Shown here: positions 48,495 to 57,490 of the stretch, in pieces | Position numbering within the stretch: position 1 is the stretch's first letter | Layout: each line of letters begins with the position of its first letter | Origin: a virus | DNA length: 64,000 nt | IMG/VR virus record: IMGVR_UViG_3300013114_000098 | Direction: 5' to 3' (one strand) | The notes under the pieces: model-generated | Seen by the model: only the letters and a program-made list of their open reading frames with translations | Database searches by the model: none | What the model was told of the DNA's origin: nothing | Program-made: the position numbers and the translations under genes

Positions 48495-49787
48495 TCACTT
48501 ATTGAAGGCGGCTATTAGGATGATCTCTCCATTAACACGTCCATTTAGTTTAGTTTCTGTTGTTTTTAACGATTGAAACAACTTTTCTGTTTTAGCTCTT
48601 GTGGCTTTTTTAATTTGAGGTAAGAACTCAGCTGGTTTACGTACTGTTCGTTGTAAACTCTTTCCTTCATCAAATCCTTTTATTGTGGTTCCTTTTACAT
48701 TAAGTCCACTACCTTCACGTTTTAATCCCATAGGGTCAACATTACGAGCATAATACAGCCCGATCTTGCGGTTTTTAGTGTTAAAAACCACCAGTATTCG
48801 CGAGTAAATAATGTCTGCTGGTAAGATGCTAGCCAAACCATATTCGGTGTCTGTTTGCTTAAATTTGAGCTTCTTAACAATGGCTTCTGGGCTTCTAATT
48901 CGTACTTTACGTGGCTTACGATTTGCTTTACTTTCTGCCGCAAGTATATCACATGCATCTACTATTTTTCTATATACTTCAAGACATGCTTTATGTTGTA
49001 CAGGAGTCATATGACTATATCCTTCTTCCAACTGTAAACGCCAATCATCTTTATCTTCTTTTGATACTTTTGTAAGAAGTTCTACAAATTCATTTACATT
49101 ATCTATATATAAATTACGAATAATACGCGAATGTGCTTGTTTTACTCCTGCTTGTCGAAGCATACTAACTGGTTTAAAGTCTTTAACTGTTTTAGGATTA
49201 TACCCATTATCAATCCAATCTTCAAGCCAACATTCAATATCATCAGTCATTTGATATGCGGCACGATGTAGTAATTCTTGAATAGTAGGCTTGCGATTGT
49301 TTTCTTTATTTTTTGCTAATTGTTTTGCAAGTGCTTCTGCTTTTTCTACATGAACTTTGCCATCTTCAATTGCGGCTTTAATATTCTTGTTAATAAATTC
49401 TGTATGAGGCTTCGGAGTTCCCATTGTACCAGCAAGACTCTCCCAATATCTATTATGTGCTTCATGTACATCTGGACATCCCATAGTAAGCATTCTGCAA
49501 TAATATCCTAATGTAGAGCTAATAGAAGATCCTGTAGATGCCTTAGCACATCTTACATCATATTTACTATATCCATTTTCCAACATCCAATCATATGCAT
49601 ATCCATGCAAAATTGCCGCTTTATAATTTCTATAATAATAATCAGTTGCACCTGATAACTTACGATGCATTTCTTCGCCAGACCATTCACTAGCACCTTC
49701 CCAACTAGGATCTTTTAAATCGCCAGCACGAATTCTCCTGGAAGGTCTTGTGGGTTTTTTTCGTTTAATACCTTTAAGTAAGGCCAT
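48495..49787 (-). CDS. Hypothetical protein
   Basis: 430 aa; basic C-terminal FNTKNRK...VKGTT...TVRKP...NGRVN. Confidence 0.6.
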   Translation of the reverse strand: MALLKGIKRKKPTRPSRRIRAGDLKDPSWEGASEWSGEEMHRKLSGATDYYYRNYKAAILHGYAYDWMLENGYSKYDVRCAKASTGSSISSTLGYYCRMLTMGCPDVHEAHNRYWESLAGTMGTPKPHTEFINKNIKAAIEDGKVHVEKAEALAKQLAKNKENNRKPTIQELLHRAAYQMTDDIECWLEDWIDNGYNPKTVKDFKPVSMLRQAGVKQAHSRIIRNLYIDNVNEFVELLTKVSKEDKDDWRLQLEEGYSHMTPVQHKACLEVYRKIVDACDILAAESKANRKPRKVRIRSPEAIVKKLKFKQTDTEYGLASILPADIIYSRILVVFNTKNRKIGLYYARNVDPMGLKREGSGLNVKGTTIKGFDEGKSLQRTVRKPAEFLPQIKKATRAKTEKLFQSLKTTETKLNGRVNGEIILIAAFNK

Positions 49788-49829
49788 TTTTTTCTCCGTG
49801 GTATTTTTGTAGTTATCAATAAGAAGAAA

Positions 49830-49850
49830 AATTCGCTAGTTTAGCGAATT
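49830..49850 (-). terminator. Hairpin terminator
   Basis: aattcgcta-N3-tagcgaatt with a U-tract on the minus strand. Confidence 0.6.
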
Positions 49851-49888
49851 AATCTCAATCAAAAACAAGTTTACAACGAAAATGGATT

Positions 49889-50254
49889 TTAGTCAACCTT
49901 TGCGAAACCACGACTAGCAACAACGTGCTTAATTCCGTCTGGGCCTTCTACAACATCAGCAACACTAAGGCTATGCATTTTAGTTAACCTTTCAATGTTT
50001 TCTTCTGGACCCATGTTTCCAACATGAAACACATCTTCAAGTCCATCAGCAGTGATATTAGCAACGTGTGTGTAATAACCTTTATCAAAAGCATCTTTGG
50101 CTAATGCACCAATGTTATCAGCAAAATTCATATCCAATTTTGCTTTATGATGAGGAACACTGTTATGTCCTTTGTCATTAATCATATCAACATCTGCTTT
50201 TGAAAGTTGTATTTGGTAAATTTTATATGTTTTATTTAATTCGTTACTTCTCAT
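49889..50254 (-). CDS. YodL-like protein
   Basis: YKIYQI...LEDVF..GN...HSLSVADVV...GF; start by TAATG overlap. Confidence 0.7.
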   Translation of the reverse strand: MRSNELNKTYKIYQIQLSKADVDMINDKGHNSVPHHKAKLDMNFADNIGALAKDAFDKGYYTHVANITADGLEDVFHVGNMGPEENIERLTKMHSLSVADVVEGPDGIKHVVASRGFAKVD

Positions 50255-50526
50255 TATAATGCTCCTTGTTTTGATTTCCAAGTTTCCATAACAGTTGTAT
50301 ACCAACTTGGGTTAGTGTCTTTAAGAATTGTTAATGGTGCTTTGCCTTCTTTCATAGCCGCTGTATAACTTTCTACAGTATGACTAGTAAGAAGTTCTTT
50401 AAGGAACTTAGCTTTAGTAAAAGGCCCACCATGTTTAAAACGTGCAATAAAAATGTCACGTTCACCGTTTTCTAGGTTATATGTTAAATACCCACCAAAA
50501 TAACTAAATTTCTCTTTTTTAAACAT
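50254..50526 (-). CDS. Early hypothetical protein
   Basis: 90 aa, directly behind the palindrome promoter, with GGAG SD. Confidence 0.65.
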   Translation of the reverse strand: MFKKEKFSYFGGYLTYNLENGERDIFIARFKHGGPFTKAKFLKELLTSHTVESYTAAMKEGKAPLTILKDTNPSWYTTVMETWKSKQGAL

Positions 50527-50541
50527 ATTTCTAACTCCCTT

Positions 50542-50589
50542 TTTTATTAACTATACTTATAGTATACAGTAAGACGTCTTACTTGTCAA
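50542..50589 (-). promoter_or_regulatory. Early promoter with palindromic spacer (copy 2 of the 48-bp repeat)
   Basis: Identical to 27376-27423. Confidence 0.85.
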
Positions 50590-50601
50590 GTTTTTCTGCC
50601 A

Positions 50602-50641
50602 TAAAAAAATCCTTATAAATCAATGACTTACAAGGATTTTT
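50602..50641 (-). terminator. Hairpin enclosing an IHF consensus (50618-50630)
   Basis: aaaaatcctt...aaggattttt around AATCAATGACTTA. Confidence 0.55.
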
Positions 50642-50657
50642 AATTTTTTTTGAAAAT

Positions 50658-50689
50658 AATACCCGAAAATCGTTAAATTATCGGGTATT
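50658..50689 (-). terminator. Hairpin after sbmA
   Basis: aatacccga...tcgggtatt. Confidence 0.6.
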
Positions 50690-50694
50690 TTTGG

Positions 50695-51669
50695 TTATTC
50701 CATTTTTTTGATCTTGTCTTCAAATTCACGTAAACGTTTGTATACACTAGCCAACTCAATAATAGTAGGCCATGCTTTAAACAAATATTGAAGTGATCCT
50801 TCAACACGTCCGAATGCACGTAAAATCTGTTGCATTACACCTAAAGTCATAACTCCTGCAATAATTGCAGGTGCTAAGAAGATGTATCCTGCTAACACGT
50901 TAGCCTGCAAGTATGCAAGTCGTCCTATGTTAAAATACAAATATCTTAAATAACTCTTATAATGAATTTTTCTTACACCATCAAACAGCTCTTCTAAAGA
51001 CTTTGGTCTTGTAGTTCCATCGTCCTCTGCAATAACAAGTATTTTTCGATAAGCCGCTTCTTTCTTCTGTAGATCATATTCAATGCCTACAAGTCTTAGT
51101 AACCATGCTAGTACAATCATTAAAACTGTACCACCTACAGCCCAAATGAGTGCACCAGATACTAATCCATATTCCCAATCGCCGAACCATAATATTGGAA
51201 TACCAACACTTAGACCCATTAATAGTGGGAAGAATTCTACAAGTACCATGACACTCTCAATTAAAGCAGTGCCGAGTCCTTCCATAATTCTACTGAATTT
51301 TATTGTATCTTCTTGTACACGTTGAGCCGCACCTTCAATAGTACGTGCTTTATCGTATACAGCATGATACCATTCAACCATACTGGCACGCCAACGGAAT
51401 AAAAAGTGTGCAGTTAAGAAGCTGGTAGCTAATCCTAACACAATCCATAACACCGCTAACTTACCGAAACTGGCTAAACTTCCCCAATAGTCGGCCGCTG
51501 TAATAGCATTTGGGGATCCTAATGCTGTTTGAATCATATCATAGAAACCGCCAAACCAATGGTTAATTTGAACATCGATTTGAACTGATAACCATAAAGA
51601 TGATAAAATTACGGCTGAACCAAGATAGGCCCAAAGAGCCCATTTCTTAGATTTGAAAAAATTAAACAT
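50695..51669 (-). CDS. sbmA: SbmA/BacA-family peptide transporter
   Basis: INHWFGGFYDMIQ, FRWR, IEGAAQRVQEDT, QKKEAAYRK.LV.AEDD, W.TIIEL.SVYKRLREFE. Confidence 0.9.
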   Translation of the reverse strand: MFNFFKSKKWALWAYLGSAVILSSLWLSVQIDVQINHWFGGFYDMIQTALGSPNAITAADYWGSLASFGKLAVLWIVLGLATSFLTAHFLFRWRASMVEWYHAVYDKARTIEGAAQRVQEDTIKFSRIMEGLGTALIESVMVLVEFFPLLMGLSVGIPILWFGDWEYGLVSGALIWAVGGTVLMIVLAWLLRLVGIEYDLQKKEAAYRKILVIAEDDGTTRPKSLEELFDGVRKIHYKSYLRYLYFNIGRLAYLQANVLAGYIFLAPAIIAGVMTLGVMQQILRAFGRVEGSLQYLFKAWPTIIELASVYKRLREFEDKIKKME

Positions 51670-51817
51670 AATATTTTCCTTATATAATGCAGAGTTACTA
51701 ATAATGTTATCTCAGTTCGTACTCTATATCAGCGTTAACTGCATACATAACTATTTAGCCTATATAAGAATATATAATGATAAAGAAGGATAAATACAAT
51801 ATAACAAGGAAAACCAC

Positions 51818-52885
51818 ATGCCAAGACTAAGTTTATATAAAGGTTATAAAAGTAACGACTATACATTTATGGATAGAGCTATCCGTGAACAATTTGATAT
51901 AGGCGGAACAGGTGTTCATGTACATAAGTACCTAGGACCTTTACCACAATCAAAAAATACAGATGCAAGTGAACCAAACTATGGCAGTGGTTTAGAAATA
52001 GATAACATAACTGGTGAAGAAATTAATCCAGAAGGATTAATTGATGAAACTAATGTACAAGACCTATTGTTTATGGAAAATAGAGATCGTAAATACGATC
52101 CAGATATTTTTGATTTACGTGGTGTATATAATGTAAGTGATAACGACTTTGATTTAACACAATTTGGTTTGTTTTTAACAAACGATACATTGTTTATTAG
52201 TTTTCATATTAACGATATGGTAGAGAGATTAGGTCGTAGACTTATGCCCGGTGATGTAATAGAATTACCACATTTACGTGATGAGTTATTACTTACTAAT
52301 GACAAAGAAGCTATTAATAAGTTTTATGTAGTACAAGATGCCGCTAGGGGAAGTGAAGGTTTTTCCCAAACATGGTATCCACATATTTGGCGTGTTAAAG
52401 TAGCACCATTAACAGATACACAAGAATACGCAGATATACTTGGTACTGCTAGTGATCCAGATAGTCTTAAAAACGATCTTAGTTCTTATAAAACAGAACT
52501 TAATATTAGTAATGCTATTGTAAGAAGTGCAGAAGAAGCTAATCCAAATAATTTACCGTTAGCAGATCATTTATTTGGTCAAGAAGATACTAGCAAAACA
52601 TATGAACACGGTGAAGTATTACAACAAGGTGATCAGTTTCCTACAGAACCAAACGAAGGTGAGTATTTTGTAAGAACAGATTTTACTCCTAATAGATTAT
52701 TTGTAAGACGTGGAAGTAAATGGCATAGACTATATGATAATATTACTGATCAAACTTGGAGTGATACAACATATAATGCTAGTCAATTTATTAACAATGA
52801 TGCTACAACAATTATTGACAATAAAGAAGTTCCAGAAAAACAACCTCTATCTAAAGTTATTAAACCAAAAAGTGATTTTGAATAA
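51818..52885 (+). CDS. Neck/head-closure protein (gp14-like)
   Basis: MPRLSLY, QDLLFMENRDRKY, GDVIELPH; precedes the gp15-like gene. Confidence 0.7.
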   Translation: MPRLSLYKGYKSNDYTFMDRAIREQFDIGGTGVHVHKYLGPLPQSKNTDASEPNYGSGLEIDNITGEEINPEGLIDETNVQDLLFMENRDRKYDPDIFDLRGVYNVSDNDFDLTQFGLFLTNDTLFISFHINDMVERLGRRLMPGDVIELPHLRDELLLTNDKEAINKFYVVQDAARGSEGFSQTWYPHIWRVKVAPLTDTQEYADILGTASDPDSLKNDLSSYKTELNISNAIVRSAEEANPNNLPLADHLFGQEDTSKTYEHGEVLQQGDQFPTEPNEGEYFVRTDFTPNRLFVRRGSKWHRLYDNITDQTWSDTTYNASQFINNDATTIIDNKEVPEKQPLSKVIKPKSDFE

Positions 52886-54243
52886 TGGCACAACAATATT
52901 TTTACGATAAACAAATTCGCAGATACATTCAACAGTTTATAAGACTGTTTAGTGGATTTAGTGTACAAATGGGAAAGAACGATAATGATCTCCCCATATA
53001 CCAACAAGTACCTGTACGTTATGGTGACATTAATCGTATGGCGGCACACATAACAAGAGAGAACAGTGAGAACATTGTTAATACTGTTCCATTTATAAGT
53101 TGTTATGTAACATCATTAGATATGTTTGCTGAAAGACGAACATATCAAGATCATGTTGATAAAGTACAAGTCAATGAAAAGAAATATGATGAAACTACTG
53201 GAAAATATACTAACGAACTAGGCAACCAATATACTGTTGAAAGATACGCACCTGTTCCTTATATGTTAGTAATGAACTGTGATATTTGGACATCAAATAC
53301 AGATCAAAAGTTACAATTAATGGAACAAATCTTAGTATTGTTTAATCCAACATTAGATATTAGAACTAACAACAGTCCAGTTGATTGGACTGCTTTAAGT
53401 CATGTAGAATTAACAAATACATCATGGAGTACTAGAAGTGTAGGATCAAGCATTGATGATATTATTGATGTAGCCACATTAACTTTTAATATTCCAGTGT
53501 ATATTACTCCTCCTGCAAAATTAAAACAGCAAAAACTTATTCATACTATTATTAGTGAATTATATAGTTTAGATGATGTTGACTTAGAAAACTTTAAAGA
53601 AAATAAAACATTTGATACATCAACATTAAAATATACTGTTGTAACATACAAAGATAAAAAAGCAAAATATCTAAATGGTAATTTACAAATACTAAATGAC
53701 AAGGGAACAAATCTAGACGACGATGGAGTAGTATTAGAATGGGATAAAGTATTGTTACCATTTGGTGTATTAAGAAATGGAATAAGTCAATTAAGACTTA
53801 GAAAAGGTAGTGATATAGATGATGATTCAAACGATATAATTGGAAGACTAGAAGAACACCCATCTGATCCTAACCTTCTTAAAGTTACAATAGACAATTC
53901 AACATTACCAACAAATACACTAACGGCCATTGATGCTGTTGTAGATCCTGCTAAAAATTATCCAGGTGATGGAAGTGTTCCAGCCGCAGTTACAGGGCAA
54001 CGTTATATTATATTAAACAATGCTCCTATAAATGCTTTATGGACTAGCGTAGTTGCTAACAAAAATGATATTATAGAATACAACGGTTCAACTTGGACTG
54101 TTAGTTTTGATAGCTCTACAATAAGTGATACACAATACGTAACAAATGTTTCATCCGATGACCAACTTGAATGGAATAGCAAAGAATGGATTAACAGTTA
54201 TGAAGGCATATATAATTCAGGTTACTGGCGAATATATCTCTAA
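52885..54243 (+). CDS. Tail sheath stabiliser/terminator (gp15-like)
   Basis: YFYDKQIRRY..QF, VPVRYG, PVPY, QLMEQILVLFNP. Confidence 0.8.
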   Translation: MAQQYFYDKQIRRYIQQFIRLFSGFSVQMGKNDNDLPIYQQVPVRYGDINRMAAHITRENSENIVNTVPFISCYVTSLDMFAERRTYQDHVDKVQVNEKKYDETTGKYTNELGNQYTVERYAPVPYMLVMNCDIWTSNTDQKLQLMEQILVLFNPTLDIRTNNSPVDWTALSHVELTNTSWSTRSVGSSIDDIIDVATLTFNIPVYITPPAKLKQQKLIHTIISELYSLDDVDLENFKENKTFDTSTLKYTVVTYKDKKAKYLNGNLQILNDKGTNLDDDGVVLEWDKVLLPFGVLRNGISQLRLRKGSDIDDDSNDIIGRLEEHPSDPNLLKVTIDNSTLPTNTLTAIDAVVDPAKNYPGDGSVPAAVTGQRYIILNNAPINALWTSVVANKNDIIEYNGSTWTVSFDSSTISDTQYVTNVSSDDQLEWNSKEWINSYEGIYNSGYWRIYL

Positions 54244-54252
54244 TTTTTTAAT

Positions 54253-54684
54253 ATGATAATAGCGAGCGGTTGCATTTTTTTAAGCATAGACACTGGCAGA
54301 GTAATGCTACAGCAAAGAAGTGGTGCAGTTAATCATCCTAGAACGTGGGGATTTTTTGGTGGTAAGGGTGAAGAAAATGAACGACCTATTGAAACTTTAT
54401 ATAGAGAAATGGAAGAAGAAATAGGATTAGTACCTTCTATTGATAAAGTTATTCCTATAAACAAATTTACTAGCCCTAATAAAAAATTTATATATAATAG
54501 CTTCGTTGTTACTGTAGATGATGAATTTATTCCTGTACTTAATAACGAAAGCGATGGCTACTGTTGGGTTAAAATAGGAAATTGGCCTAGACCATTACAC
54601 CCTGGTGCAAAAATACAATTTAATTCAAAACAGTTTGTTAAAAAACTTAAAACTGTACACGCACAACAAATAAAGAAAAAATAA
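54253..54684 (+). CDS. Nudix hydrolase
   Basis: Nudix box GG..E..E...ETLYREMEEEIG. Confidence 0.9.
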   Translation: MIIASGCIFLSIDTGRVMLQQRSGAVNHPRTWGFFGGKGEENERPIETLYREMEEEIGLVPSIDKVIPINKFTSPNKKFIYNSFVVTVDDEFIPVLNNESDGYCWVKIGNWPRPLHPGAKIQFNSKQFVKKLKTVHAQQIKKK

Positions 54685-54685
54685 T

Positions 54686-54961
54686 TTAATTATTTTCTTT
54701 CATAAAGACTTTATATTCTTCAACTTTATCTTTGTTTAAACATGCAAGTCTAACTAATGAAACTGGTTTATTTTTAATTACATCTTCAAATTCTTGCAAT
54801 ACTTCTATTTTATGTTCTTTTCCAAACGTTGGATCAGATATCATTGACAAGCACGAAGATGCACTTGGATATAAACTATCCTCATTAATATGATATAAGT
54901 ATTGGTATTTGTTTGTGCTACTGTTGAACATCACTATCATAGCGATAATAAAATAATTCAT
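54686..54961 (-). CDS. Small exported or membrane-anchored protein
   Basis: Hydrophobic N-terminus and two Cys. Confidence 0.5.
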   Translation of the reverse strand: MNYFIIAMIVMFNSSTNKYQYLYHINEDSLYPSASSCLSMISDPTFGKEHKIEVLQEFEDVIKNKPVSLVRLACLNKDKVEEYKVFMKENN

Positions 54962-56050
54962 TTACTCAGTTATTCGCTTTTTCATACTAGCAACAAACTG
55001 TTCACGTAACCATTCATAATCATTAATTTTATTTAATTCTTCTGGGTTATCTTTATGTTCTATACCGTATGCTTTACCTTCTAATGCACCTTTAATACAA
55101 TAACGTCCAAAACGTCCACCATTATCAATTGTACACCATGCTTCTAATCTTGCATCTGTTTCTTCTTGTTTTTGGTTAGGGTTTACAGAACTTGCTAACT
55201 TAACACATTCACGAAATGCACTACGCCATGTTCTATATGGATCTTTATTAAATCGAGTAATATTTGATATATCACTTACTGGTTGATAAAATGCTGAACC
55301 TGTTGTATAATCTGGCAATTCATGTCCTAATGAAAGTAATTGTTCTTTTGGAAATAACTTAACACCACCATAACCATATTCTAAATCGTTAATTGGGTTT
55401 CTTGCACTCCATACAAAAGTTGTATTTTTTCTACTACTCATTGGTGGAATATAATCAAAACTAAAATGTCCTGTTATATCTGCATCAGCGTCAACAATAT
55501 AAACCATTTCTGTTTTTGCTAATTCACCTGCACGTTTATGTGCATTGCCAATACCTTCAACATTTTTTACGTGTTGAGCATCTTTAAATCTATTTCTTAA
55601 TTTTTGGAAATTTTCATCTGCTTCAGCTTCATGAAAACTAATCATGAATACATCAAATTCTGCTACATGATAACTTGATACAAGTTTGTTTTGTACTGTT
55701 CCATGTGACATACTGTTTGTAGGAACTAATTGAATGTCTCCCCAACTAACTGGTCTGTTAGTTCGTTTAACTACTCTAGGAAATGTATGAATAAAATTCT
55801 TACCCATATCACTAGGTCTATATTGCCATGAAAACGTTGGATTTACTTCAATTTCATCAAATACTATCCAAGCCATATCATGTTCATCTTTATATTTAGA
55901 TGCTAACTCTAGTAACGCTTCTTCGTCCGTTAATTTTATAGGTGTTTTAATAATTGGATATGAATCAAACATAAACTTTTTCAATCTATCCCAAGGTGTT
56001 ACAACACTTTGTCCTTGGAAATCTTTTCTTGTATTAATTAAATTAATCAT
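54962..56050 (-). CDS. Glycosyltransferase-like (GT-A) protein
   Basis: FMISFHE...AHK...IVDAD, YGYGGVKLF, WRSAFRE. Confidence 0.65.
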   Translation of the reverse strand: MINLINTRKDFQGQSVVTPWDRLKKFMFDSYPIIKTPIKLTDEEALLELASKYKDEHDMAWIVFDEIEVNPTFSWQYRPSDMGKNFIHTFPRVVKRTNRPVSWGDIQLVPTNSMSHGTVQNKLVSSYHVAEFDVFMISFHEAEADENFQKLRNRFKDAQHVKNVEGIGNAHKRAGELAKTEMVYIVDADADITGHFSFDYIPPMSSRKNTTFVWSARNPINDLEYGYGGVKLFPKEQLLSLGHELPDYTTGSAFYQPVSDISNITRFNKDPYRTWRSAFRECVKLASSVNPNQKQEETDARLEAWCTIDNGGRFGRYCIKGALEGKAYGIEHKDNPEELNKINDYEWLREQFVASMKKRITE

Positions 56051-56693
56051 TGCAATCGTCCTTAATTGTATATGCACGTGTTCCTATGTGTGCAATTCTG
56101 TCACTTAACTCGTGACTAATATTTACTTCGTATCCATTGTCGTTAGCAAGGCTACAAAAGTATATATCTTCTCCTACTAAATTAGTATAATCTTTGCTAT
56201 ACTCAATCTTGTAATGAGGTCGAGAAATATTTTCGTATACTTCTCTTTTAACTAACATCATTCCACTTCCTACTGCCCAAACTTTTTCAATTCCTTTTCC
56301 TGAAAAAACTCTACTATCTAAATCATTTTTACTTTTAAAGGCAACCGGCCTATGTGGTGGAACTCTTGTTGAATAATTTCCTGCTATAATGTCTTTATCA
56401 GCTGCCAATAATATATTTAATGTATCTACTGGAAACTGCATATCTGCATCTATCCACATTATATGTGTGCATTTTGTATCTAGTGCTTGATCAACTAACT
56501 GTTGTCTTTGCATTGCTACTTCACTGCCCATATTAAAATGCAATGAAGTTATGAGTCCAGTTTCACCACACTTTTTTTGAAGCATGGCTAAACTGTACGC
56601 AAAAACCGCTGTAACTTGATTCTGCACAGGAACACAAATTGCTACATCTGCGGAATTATTCTTTTTATAATAATGGTTTGTTGTACTGACCAT
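56043..56693 (-). CDS. Family 2-like glycosyltransferase
   Basis: WIDAD, GSGMMLV, GEDIYFC, HIG. Confidence 0.8.
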   Translation of the reverse strand: MVSTTNHYYKKNNSADVAICVPVQNQVTAVFAYSLAMLQKKCGETGLITSLHFNMGSEVAMQRQQLVDQALDTKCTHIMWIDADMQFPVDTLNILLAADKDIIAGNYSTRVPPHRPVAFKSKNDLDSRVFSGKGIEKVWAVGSGMMLVKREVYENISRPHYKIEYSKDYTNLVGEDIYFCSLANDNGYEVNISHELSDRIAHIGTRAYTIKDDCND

Positions 56694-56696
56694 TAA

Positions 56697-57119
56697 TTAC
56701 TTTTCAGAAGCGAGTTCTGATTGTAGTTCTGCTTCAATTTGCTGAACTTCGTAATTAAGTTGTTTAGCTATTGATGTAGCCGATTTAACACATGCGGCAA
56801 ACGCCTCATCTTCTAAGGCTACCATGTAATTCATGTGTTCTGGTTGTACTTTACCAATTGTTAAAATATCAATCGCCGCTAATTTTGCTAAACGATTTAC
56901 CCAATATTCTTCTTCTGAAGAATCAATATCAGCCAATAATGCGTCTACATCATGTTCTGCACTAAAGTCTTTATAAATATCTTCTAGAATTTGAAGATCA
57001 GGGTGTTTTTGTTCTCGAGCCTGCATAAGCTCTTGGGTTAATACTTGTGCTTTCCTCGCTGGTGTTGGGTGAGCGCCAAGTACAAACGTTTCAATTTCAA
57101 AACGTGTTCTAATACTCAT
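56697..57119 (-). CDS. Hypothetical helical protein
   Basis: 140 aa with a strong SD. Confidence 0.55.
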   Translation of the reverse strand: MSIRTRFEIETFVLGAHPTPARKAQVLTQELMQAREQKHPDLQILEDIYKDFSAEHDVDALLADIDSSEEEYWVNRLAKLAAIDILTIGKVQPEHMNYMVALEDEAFAACVKSATSIAKQLNYEVQQIEAELQSELASEK

Positions 57120-57159
57120 TGTATATTTTCTCCTGTGTCTTTATTTTATTGTATAATAA

Positions 57160-57182
57160 CAACGCTGTCATTGACAGCGTTG
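57160..57182. repeat. Perfect 11-bp inverted repeat
   Basis: caacgctgtca-t-tgacagcgttg. Confidence 0.8.
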
Positions 57183-57210
57183 CTATTTATGTTATTCGTA
57201 TGACTAACTA

Positions 57211-57396
57211 TTAACCGTCTGCTCCAGTCGGATTAGGATTCTGCCATCCACCGAAAGTTGCTGATAATTTAATATTTGTTGTTACTGATGGTGAAATGTA
57301 GTTACCAAGTGTACTCATAGAAATTGTTCCACTAAGTCCAAAGTAGTTACGTACTTGTCCCATTGTAATAGTTGCGCCTGTTGCTGGTAATGCCAT
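57211..57396 (-). CDS. Small fibre-tip/adhesin-adapter-like protein
   Basis: MALPATGATITMGQVRNYFG pattern following an S74 fibre; AAGGAG SD. Confidence 0.55.
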   Translation of the reverse strand: MALPATGATITMGQVRNYFGLSGTISMSTLGNYISPSVTTNIKLSATFGGWQNPNPTGADG

Positions 57397-57490
57397 AATT
57401 TGACTCCTTGCGTGTAATTATCGATAAATGCACTGCATATTGCATTGCAATTATATTTATCTAAATGCCCTCAGAGCATATAGTAGTATA

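Noticed and set aside
27376-50589. 48-bp repeat as a CRISPR repeat or prophage att site
   Set aside because: Only two dispersed copies, both exactly promoter-shaped and upstream of an SD; no spacers, cas genes or integrase.
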